A stretch of DNA of 64,000 bases from Eledone cirrhosa (lineage: Eukaryota): the NCBI GenBank assembly GCA_964016885.1, contig OZ024742.1:78926001-78990000 (forward strand). The letters are read 5' to 3'. Made by a program: the position numbers and the translations under genes. Below the pieces are notes generated by a model. The model did not search any database. It saw nothing but the letters and a program-made list of their open reading frames with translations, and had not been told where the DNA came from. Of this stretch, positions 53,552 through 64,000 are shown one piece after another; position 1 is the stretch's first letter, and every line of letters begins with the position of its first letter.

Positions 53552-53824
53552 ATTATAAGATACCCAAATCATGAAGAGACATTTACATAGTCACTCAACT
53601 GACCTTAAGTATTTGTTAATTTCCCTCAAATCACAGCAAAGGTAGCTCTAGATATAGAAAACTATTAAATGGCCATGGATGACAATATATAGTAACAGGC
53701 ACACACAGATTATATAGTAAAACTTCATTAATCATTGGTTTTGATTGAGTTGTTCATAATGACTAATTGAATTGCAGATACTCCTATCCTTAATGTAATA
53801 TTCAGTCGGTATCAGGGTGATAAA

Positions 53825-54072
53825 GGGTATGTGATAGAGTGTGTGTATGTGACAGGGTGTGTGTGAGTGGCACGGTGTGTGTAAGTGGCACAGTGTGTGT
53901 GTGAGTGACACAGTGTATGTGTGAGTGACACAGTGTATGTGTGAGTGGCACAGTGTGTGTGTGAGTGGCACAGTGTGTATGTGTGACAAGTGTGGGTGTG
54001 TGACAGTGTGTGTATGACACTGTATGTGTGTGGGTGTGTGACAGTGTGTGTATGACACTGTATGTGTGTGTG
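53825..54072. repeat. ~20-bp minisatellite (GTGTGTGAGTGGCACA-like)
   Basis: Direct inspection. Confidence 0.85.
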
Positions 54073-54241
54073 GCAAGACATTCACACAGCTTCTTATCTA
54101 CCTGATTTTCCTCTCAAAGACTAAAGTAAAAGTGCCATGTTGTGTGATTGAACTGAGGATTCTGAAGTGAACGTATGATTCTCCACCCCTGACTATCCAT
54201 TCCACCCACACACATAAAAACATTTTATCTGTTAACTCTAA

Positions 54242-54468
54242 CCCTTTAACATTTATATTATTCTATATTTTCTATTATATTTCCACAGTAAACACTTTAT
54301 CTTACATAATAACCCACATAATATCGAATATCGAATCTACAAGATTTTGATATTATTTATTTTGAGAACAATACCTTAAAATAAGTATGAACAGTCGGTT
54401 ATGACCGGTTTGAACAAAAAGAGGCGAGAGAATTCTAGCCAGATACGGCCAGTTTAAATGCTAAAGGG
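54242..54468 (-). mobile_element. piggyBac-type MITE (reverse orientation)
   Basis: CTAA-CCCTTTAACATTT ... AAATGCTAAAGGG-TTAA. Confidence 0.85.
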
Positions 54469-54521
54469 TTAAAGAAGTTTACATTCATTATTTGTACTCA
54501 ACTACAAAATGTTGGTACTTA

Positions 54522-54743
54522 CCATATATACTCGAATTTAAGCCAATCCAAATATAAACCGAGCCCCGCTTTCCTCACTATTTTATGCCTGACAAATGGG
54601 CAATAATCCAAACCATATTATAAGCCAAGGCAGGTAATCAACATGTTGTTTATTTTGTGTATATATATATATATGCCGATCCTCCCATTTTCCCATCAAT
54701 TCTTTGAACATATATTCCTCAGCTTATATTCGAGTATATAAGG
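54522..54743 (+). mobile_element. Tc2-type MITE
   Basis: TA-CCATATATACTCGAATTTAAGC ... GCTTATATTCGAGTATATAAGG-TA. Confidence 0.8.
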
Positions 54744-55701
54744 TATGTACCTGTAAAGCTTGTCTAGAATTGCTAGTGCCCCCCCCCCCCCCCCCCCCCC
54801 CACACACACCTCTGTTGCTCGGTCATGGCAAGGATTTTATTCACAATTCTCAACCTGAAACTCCTCCAGAAGGGCCTGTTGTGATTGTCCTCTTCAATGC
54901 CCAGAGCAACTCGCAGGTCATCAAAGCTCATACCTTCCACTAACCCTCTATGGAATGCAAGTGTTGTTTACTGGTCGCGTTGTGCAGCAAGTAAAGTGTT
55001 GTGAGTGCCTGGCAACATTAGATAATAATAATAATAAATTTTATTATTATTATTATTATAAAGAAATTATTATTATAACAACAACAATAATGGCTACTCT
55101 TTACTTTTATATTATCATTTATATTTTTTTTATATTTCACTGTTTTAGAATAAAAATGAAAAATAAAGGAAATAAAAAATAAACAGCAACCTGTTTTTCT
55201 TAAGTGAAGAAAAACTATTTACAACTATTTTACTATACTTCTACTACCACCCCAACTATACTGGAATTAACAGTGGTATACTACACACTAATTCCCATTC
55301 TCTTCATACACACAGCTTCCATTCCATTCACTCAAAACTCCATATTCTCTCTCCACCTCTCTCTGTAATCTTCCATTCAACACCCAACCACAAACACACT
55401 TTCCATGCCTGACTCCCTCTGCCAATAGCAGGACCTCACACCAGCCCCAGCACTCCTCCCCACCCACTTCCTCCATCTCTCTCCACACTACTACAAGTGC
55501 TGCTGCTGTTGCTGCCATTACTGTAAACCATCATCATTCCTTATAGCTCCATCTGTCAGAATACAACACTTAACTCTTAATTTCCTGCTAATACCAATGA
55601 AATTCCATTAAGTGACAATTCCTTTTTCTGTAAAATAAATACATAAAACAAACAACAGCAGCAGCGGCAGCAGCAACTACAACAACCAACAACAACCAAT
55701 G

Positions 55702-55733
<32 letters not shown>

Positions 55734-56005
55734 TTTTATTTGCCAAAAGGGCTTTGGATAAAGGAAAAATTACAAGTTACTATGATGATGATGATAATAT
55801 CATCATCATCATCATCATCCAAGTATGTGGATATAATAATAATAATACTGATAATAATATAATAATAATATTGATGATGATGATGATTTTTCTTATTTGC
55901 TACAAGGGCACCAGATGTTCAGGACATTACAAGGGCAGATTATATAAAGTGTAGGGATTTACCAGTACTGGATGATGATTGGAAATAACAACAATATAAA
56001 TACAT

Positions 56006-56344
56006 ATATCCATCCACCCCCACTTATCAGTGAACCAAACTATTTCTTCATCCTCCACTATGACCACCACCACCCCATCGTAACAACAACAACAACAAAA
56101 TATCCATCCACATCCACTTATCAGTGAACCAAACTATTTCTCCATCCCCCACTATGACCACCACCACCCCATCGTAACAACAACAACAAAATATCCATCC
56201 ACCCCCACTTATCAGTGAACCAAACTATTTCTTCATCCTCCACTATGACCACCACCACTCCATCATAACAACAACAACAACAACATACCCATCCACCCCC
56301 ACTTATCAGTGAACCAAACTATTTCTTCATCCTCCACTATGACC
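56006..56344. repeat. ~90-bp tandem repeat, 4 copies, with variable (AAC)n spacer
   Basis: CCACTTATCAGTGAACCAAACTATTTCT...CCACTATGACC repeated four times. Confidence 0.92.
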
Positions 56345-56614
56345 CATACCTCACCCACACCACCACCTCTCATCCAAGCACAAAAATAACAACATAACAC
56401 TGTGAAACAACAACAACAACATCAAAAATAAATTAAATATATTTAGTTCCATATGTTAGTCTAGGTTGGAGAAGAGATGAGGGGGAGAGAGGGGACATGG
56501 AAATAACCAAAAGAAAAAAAAAAGGAAAATAAGCAGAAAATAAAAGCGAAAACAAAGAATTATTTAAAAATAACCACAATAACAATTGTAAAAGAAAATT
56601 AAGGCAATGTCAAA

Positions 56615-56744
56615 TATATGTGTGTGTGTGTATGTATGTGTGTGTATATATATATATATATACATACACTATATATATATATATACACATATACTATATA
56701 TATATACATACACTATATCTATATATATATATACACTATACATA

Positions 56745-56811
<67 letters not shown>

Positions 56812-57100
56812 ATATATATATACATACACTATATCTATATATATATATACACTATACATACACTATATATATATATATATATATACACTATACATACACT
56901 ATATATATATATATATATATATATACACTATACATATACTATATATATATACACACTATACATATATATATACTCTATACATATACTATATATATATATA
57001 CACACTATACATATACTATATATATATATACACACTATACATATACTATATATATATACACACTATATATATACTATATATATATTATATTATATATATA
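56615..57100. repeat. TA-rich minisatellite (ACACTATACATA-(TA)n units)
   Basis: Direct inspection. Confidence 0.9.
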
Positions 57101-57169
57101 ACTAAAAAATATAATAAAATGCATCTTAATAGTAATTTTATCTGACATGTTCTTATACAGGGACTGTAG

Positions 57170-57199
57170 AAGTGGTAGTAGCAATGGTAGTAATAGTAA

Positions 57200-57283
<84 letters not shown>
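57170..57283. repeat. (TAG)n microsatellite; another at ~14945-14990
   Basis: Direct inspection. Confidence 0.95.
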
Positions 57284-58572
57284 AAGGAAGTTGAAGGATT
57301 GTGAGGTAGGGAAGAAGGATATTATTGATTATTTATAAGCTTTTCTAAAACGATTATGTTGATAAATCAAACATATGTTGTTTAGTAGTAGTAGTAGTAG
57401 AAACAGCAGTTTTATTTTTTATAGTAGTAGTAGTAGCATCAACAGCTGTAATAATAGTAGGAGCAGCAGCAGTAGTAGTAGTTTAGCAGCAGCAACAGTA
57501 GTAATAACTATAGTGATTTTGTTGTTAATTGCCCCAAGTCAGTTCTGATCAAGCAGACCTATAAACAAATAGACCATCTAGGAACAGAATATACTATTTA
57601 TTGCATCCTTCCTTTATTTCAAGACGATAGACTGTGATTTGAAGGAGATTTAGCTGCTATCTCTGCAATGTCAATCAACCACATAGAGGCTCCTTCGTTG
57701 GCTCAATATTTCTATTATTGTTATTGGTGTCTTTATCACATGTTTGTTATGTGTATTTCTTTTCCAGTGGTGCTGCTGTCACAAATGCTCCTGGTACACT
57801 TTCAAGTAGAGCTGCTGTCACAAATGCTCCTAGTGGTTGGGGTTAGAGGAGGCAGCCAGCTGTAGAAATGATGTCAAAAAGCATGATATGTGGTTGCTGG
57901 CATATCTAGGAAGACAATAATTTCAAATAGGAACTAACTAGGATTGTGATGGCATTTTGAACCCATGCCTACATGGAAGTTGAAATTGTCTGATCAAGAT
58001 AGAGGCTAATCTGGTTACATTAAGTGAACAAGAGTATAAAACTCCCATCTGAACAGAACACCAGTCCATCACAGAGTTAACATTCAGCAGTTGTTTCTGA
58101 AGCTGGTGCTCATTTCCTTTCAGCTAGGTAGTCATGGGCAATAAGGAAATGAAATATCTTTCTTAAGGCTGTAATGTGCCTCCTAGTATGAGAACTGAAC
58201 CAACACCTTACAATCATGAGCTCAACACTGTAACGATAAAGTGACATACCTTCACACTGCCTGCATGGAAAGCAAGCATAAAATGATGATGTCCTAGTAT
58301 TTATTTAGTTCATGGCAGAGTCTGTAATTTGTATCTATGCACATTGATACAATGCACTGCTGCTCCAACCAACACAGCACTCCAGTTGAGATTGGAAGCT
58401 TATCACAATTAGCCAGGTCTCGAAGACCTCATTTCCCGCCATCAGCCAAGAGCATCTAATGTTTTGAGAGGGGAGGAGTAGAGTGGATTAAATTGACTTG
58501 AATATTAATTTTATTCCTCCATGGAAGGATGAAAAGAAAATAGCAACCCTGGCATGAATTAAAGTCAGAACA

Positions 58573-58810
58573 TTAACCCTTTTGATATCAACCCACTTGA
58601 GATGGCTCCTGATTCCATGATACAAAATTTTTTTTTTTGTTTTAAAATATTGATATTTAAATTAAAACTGTTCATCCTAATTTTTTTTTATAAGAACATT
58701 TCTTTTAGTAACATTCTAAACATGAGATTAATAACGATAAAGTTATTTTATTAAATTCTTCTGAATTCTTGATTATTTTCACAATTAAATTATATGTACA
58801 AATGGGTTGA
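58573..58810. mobile_element. Older TTAA-CCCTTT MITE family (piggyBac-like); decayed relatives near 13570-13795, 18633, 22113, 22670-22707, 35140-35290, 51190, 59700-59945
   Basis: TTAACCCTTTTGATA start, AAATGGGTT end, shared GGTTCTATGATACAAA-like internal motif. Confidence 0.55.
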
Positions 58811-60459
58811 ATTAGCAAATTGTTAGAATCTTGGTTAGAATGCTTCAGAGTTCCAATCCCATTGAGGTCAACTTTGCCTTTCATCCTTTTGGGGCCAATA
58901 CATAAAGTACTAGTTTCAATTCTTCATCTCTCTCTCATTGTCTTTCTTTCTTTCTCTGGAAGAAATTGACTATGTTCAGGCTTTCAGAGGGATGGACTCC
59001 ATTAGGTTTAAATGCCCAAGACAGGCTACCGTGTTCACACATCTCCATCAAGAGTTAATGAACCAAAGTACAGTATGACAACTAAATAACACTACCAAGC
59101 AATTTTAACTGGTGCTCTATCAATTCTGCCATTGGTACAAGGCCCTAAATGTTGGTGGGGTTGGGGGTCCTCAATTATATTGACTCCACTACTTGACTGC
59201 AATCTATTTTGTCAACCCAGAAAAGTAGAAAATCAAAATTCACCCAGACTGGATTTGAACTCAGAAAACAAAGGAATGTAGGTGAATAAAACAGCTTGTC
59301 TAACACTATTAATCCTTCTGTCAAACACCACTACAATAACAATAACAGCAACAACCTCAATTACTACTTACAGGAAAACAAGAACAAAAAGAAAATGTAA
59401 TTAACACAGAAAGGTGAGTGAAATGTCAATGAAAAGATTACACTACTTCTAAAAGTCTCCCTCCCTAACACAATTTAGTATCTCCCACCACCCCCAGTCC
59501 ACCTAAAGCAACAAGGTGGAACATTTTAAAGATTACACCACTTCTAATTATCTCCCTCCCTAACATGGTTTAGTATACCACCACCCCACCCTGGCCCACC
59601 CAAAGATTACTGCTATGAATACAGTCACCACAGCAGTGCCATTAAGTTGTCACTCAACCCACTAGAATTATTAGCCAAATCTCACTCAAATAACACCCTA
59701 TCATCCTACCCGCTAACTACCTGTTATATATATCTTTTTAAATACACTGTATTTTAATTAATTAATGAGGAATTTGGCAGGGTTTTCTAAAATTATTAAT
59801 TATTTCTTTGTCAAGATGGCTAACCAAAAGGTTCTTAGGTCAAATTATGTTGGAAGATTTTAATTTAAATAAAAACTTTAACAATGATGGTTATGTGTCA
59901 TAGAACCAGTGGCAGTTTTGGATGGAAAGGTATCAAACGATTTTAAGTAAGGAATATAGTGAGTAATGCAGTCTTAGATTTCCCAAATATAAAAAAAAAA
60001 AAACCAGAATGGTCATATATGGTATGTCTTTGATGATAAGGTTTGCTTGATCAGGCGTGACCAGGGGCTAAACAATAACAACTGAAATTCAAAGCATTAC
60101 ATCTGGCACAACATATACAACCACCACTCCTAACTAACATAGATTCACACTGTTACCAGCACTACACCTAAATTCTCTATTATCACTATTACCATCACGA
60201 CACGACTGTATGCAGCAGGAGCCATGATGTCATTTAACCTGCTAAAAATATCACTTAAATTTTGCTCACATCACACACCAATAAATTTGAATAAAGAAAG
60301 GACATATAAGATAATGTAATCCCACATACTCTAATAAAGATAGAATGGTCATGGCTGAAGTTGCGTTCATCATTAGTGGGGGTGCTCAATTAGAAATGAC
60401 CTGAGGTTAAATAACAACTATTATCACATAAACAGAAAACTGCCACTATATTCATCATA

Positions 60460-60670
60460 GGTATCAGTAGCGCGTCAGACATCATGCTTTGCAGCATAGA
60501 GTTATGGCCCTTTACATTATGAGTTCAAATCCCGCCAAGGCTAGCTTTGCCTTTCATCCTTACAGGGTCGATAAAATAAAGTACCAGTAATACACTGTGG
60601 CTGCTTTAATTGACTTTCCCCTCCCTTTTAAATTGATGGCCTTGTGCCTAAAGTAGAAACAATTATTATT
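60460..60670 (+). mobile_element. SINE family 1 (variant with extra internal segment)
   Basis: GAGTTCAAATCCCGCC..GCCTTTCATCCTTAC..GGCCTTGTGCC..AGAAACAATTATT. Confidence 0.85.
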
Positions 60671-61023
60671 AAACAAACTTCCTTACATCTCTACTTCAAT
60701 ACCAGCAACAGTACCATTGACACTACTACCAACATCACTACTACTAAGTAACCTCACCTTGAATCAACATGATTGCTTGAGATACTAGTTTAAATTACCA
60801 TTCAAGATACTAGAAATAACAACCACATTGTTAAAAATCACATGCTGTTCTTAAAACAAATAATGGAAGGACGCAGATAACATAGTTCTCCATGTACCAG
60901 AAAGAGTTGGTCATGGGTGGAATGACTTTAGTGATTGGCCTGTAATATCCCAGCTGAGAAACAACAATATGCTACATAGATCAATCCTTACAATAGCTTT
61001 ACCAACAGTCTAGCATCATCAAC

Positions 61024-61232
61024 AGGGCAGTGGATTATCAGTATCGGTAGAGCATCATACATCGTGTTTTGAGGCTCATAGACTTGTCCCTTTACATTTT
61101 CAGTTCAAATCTCACTGAGGTTAGCTTTGCCTTTCATCCTTATGGGGTTGAAAAATAAAGTACTAGTAATGTACTGGGTTCAATTTAATCAAAACCCCTC
61201 CAAAAAATAAAATTTGCTGGCCAGAAATCATT
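61024..61232 (+). mobile_element. SINE family 1, older copy; further decayed copies near 18770, 48940, 58490, 58810 and 59140
   Basis: GGGCAGTGGATT head and GCCTTTCATCCTTATGGGGTTGA core. Confidence 0.75.
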
Positions 61233-63010
61233 ATTAAATCATCATCATCATCAGCAAGAATTACACTGCCACCATCATATAACTAAATAGTGCAACTACT
61301 ACTACTATACAGCTCAGGACTAACTAGTAAGCAAAATATCCATGTGCTTTGAACCTCAAGTAAATAGTGGCTCCATTGATATATATATATATTAAAGGGG
61401 CCCAGCAATCTTTTCAGTGCTTAGAGCCCTTAACGGTCATAATCCAGCCCTGCTACCATACACCACTAGCAATTAATTCCTGTACATTAGATCAACATAA
61501 CTGCCATCACAACACTATACCTTTCACTACTAACTTCTATGTTTTGTAATAGCCAAGAGACCCACACCTCACCTATCCCCAAATTTAACGTCACCATTTC
61601 CACCAGAAATAACAACCCTTCACTACCCCTTATAACAACCATCATTACCCCCCCCCCACACACACACACACCTACAACCACTAATCAATCTGTCCAATTA
61701 CATAAACAATAAGGTGAATGTCATCTGTCAATATTTACCTCCCAAAGGTATATAATTAGACATATACATATACATATGTGTGCACATGTGTATGCCTGCA
61801 TGTGTGTGTGTATGTGTGTCCATGTGTGTATGTCTGTATGTTTAAACAATCAAACAACGAGGGATACTACATAGAATTACTAACCTTTCTGTTTCATTAT
61901 CTCCCAGTCCCATTGCTCCATTATATAACAATGTTTACATAGATAATTTTATGTGTGTTTAAGGAATAGGATGGATGTTGTTGCAGGGTTGGTGCAGAAA
62001 TGATTTGTTATGTATTTGAAAAAGGGGGTCCTTTGTACACAGGTGTACATAGTCATTTCAGTTAATTGGTGATATTTAGTGCACATAAACTACAAAAGCT
62101 ACTAGTAAAAAGAGTGTAAGAACTTTTAACAATATTAATGGGGTGGGGAGGAATATGAGAGTATAAACAGTAATGATAACAATTAGTGTAGTAATTATGA
62201 TAATTAAAAAGAAAACTGAACAGAAAACAAAAGAAAAAACACACATCAGGTAGCACAATTTTACACATACATGCCAATGAGTGAGTTTTATGTAGTCGCC
62301 TCACTGCTAGAAATAGCAGTTAAATCTCATTTGTATCCCACCCAGCTGTTGTGTAAAAGAACACATTGGATAATGTTTTTAGTAGACTATTGTCAAAGAA
62401 GAAATGTGATGGTCATGAGTGGAAAGGCTTTAGATCATGGGTTTGTCTGGCTCTATCAGGGTTGAACTGGGAGGTAAATAATTTTACACACAGTTCAAAA
62501 GGGCCAAATTCCATCCTATGGTTCTTAGGTGATTTTAGCAGAATTCATTCTGTTGTAAGAATTCAGACTAGGTCTCCATTCCTAATGGTCTCAGAGGCTC
62601 TAAAATACATTCATGTCACTGGTCTTCTATAATTGACTAAATAGCAAGGAAAAAGATAAATAAACCGTTTGGGGAGAGTTCAGGGGCAAAATACAAAAGG
62701 AAACAAAAAACGATAGTGATATAATTTGAGCAAAAGAGTGAAATCAACAATAAAAACATTAATAACTCACACTCCTAGCATTGGTGTGATATATGAAGTC
62801 CTAAATTTCAGAAACGGAGTTTAGTTGGTTACTACAATCCTTCTCCTTTACTGTTACTATATTCTAAGGCACTCAGAAAAATGAGTAGCAAAATTATCCT
62901 CATCAGAGTTTGAACTCAGAATGTAAACAGAGGAAACTAAATAAATCTACATGCATTATTCTACAGTTCTACACACGTTGAGAACTGCAACTCTTTTTAA
63001 GAAGGATTAA

Positions 63011-63218
63011 CCCTTTAACATTTAAACTGGCCATATCCGGCCAGAATTATCTCACCTCTTTCTGTTTAAACCAGCTGTAACCAGTCCCTCATACTGATGT
63101 TAAGGTATTGTTCTCAAAATAAATAAAATCAAAATCTCGTAGATTCGATATTATGTGAGATAAAGCCTTTACCACAAACATACAATAGTGTATATAGAGT
63201 AATGTAAATGCTAAAGGG
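63011..63218 (+). mobile_element. piggyBac-type MITE, best-preserved copy (208 bp)
   Basis: TTAA-CCCTTTAACATTTA ... TAAATGCTAAAGGG-TTAA. Confidence 0.9.
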
Positions 63219-64000
63219 TTAAAAAGATGCAGACAGATAATAAAACATACAGAAAATAGAATAGGTATTGAAACCATATTATACAGAGTGCTGGAAATAC
63301 AATAGAATACATGTCAAAACCAAACACTGCACAATACCAAGTTTCATGGGGTTGTGCTCAGATGTACAATGAAAGTATGCAATTAAAGTTAAACTACTAA
63401 ATAACAACAATAACAATGCTAACAGCAACAGTAATAACATCAACAGCAATAATAATAATCCTTTTTTGGCAGAGAGACAAGACAAATAGAAAACTGCGAT
63501 GCAAAATAATACAAAGGAAAAAAAACATAGAGATGGGCGGGACAAAATAAAAAAATATGTTTATAAATGATAATGACTCCTGAGAGAAATATGATCATTG
63601 GAAGTTAAAAGATGGGTGTAGATGGGGCAGGGTATGGTAACGAGGTGACATTCAAACACTTCCTACTAGCTTCAGCAGCTTTCTTACATAGCAGTAGATT
63701 CATCTAACGCAGAAGTTTACTTACACAAGTTTCAAATAGCTTTATCAACGATCAACGACACAGCCTACACATACACACAATGTTTGTCTATGCATGCTGT
63801 GTATATGCGTGTATCTAATTTAGAATAGGTACAACATATTTCAGTGTGTTATAAGAGGTAATAAAAATGGTTAGCAACAGGAAGATCACCGAGTTGTAAG
63901 ATTACTTCAAAGAGAAGCTTATGAAGAGGCTTATGAAGTTAGTATCTGTCTCTGCAGGGTGGAATGGCTGTAAAATGCTTGTATGTGTGAATATATATAT

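Overview
AT-rich, repeat-dense eukaryotic (animal) DNA with no convincing host protein-coding exon, so most likely a large intron or intergenic region. The repeat landscape ((TA)n/(CA)n/(GAT)n microsatellites, tRNA-derived SINEs, RTE LINEs) suggests an octopus or other cephalopod; this is inference. Almost all ORFs in the track are microsatellite read-through or antisense shadows. The real coding signal is all transposon-derived: (i) several 5'-truncated RTE-clade LINEs from at least four lineages, the better-preserved ones carrying a C4HC3 PHD-type zinc finger inside the RT C-terminal region; (ii) a full-length DD37D (maT) Tc1/mariner with 27-bp TIRs, TA target site and two in-frame stops; (iii) a decayed CRE-like RLE retroelement. 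Non-coding mobile DNA includes two tRNA-SINE families, piggyBac-type (TTAA), Tc2-type and mariner-type MITEs and a non-autonomous Helitron. The most interesting non-obvious signals are minimal type I hammerhead ribozyme motifs inside long inverted repeats (3894-4240, with one motif per strand, and 11343-11541), typical of Penelope-like pLTRs; a SINE that appears to combine parts of two LINE lineages; a covarying 3' stem-loop shared by RTE lineages; ATTAT-initiated SINE target duplications; and candidate recursive splice sites. All coordinates were read by eye and boundaries of decayed repeats are approximate.
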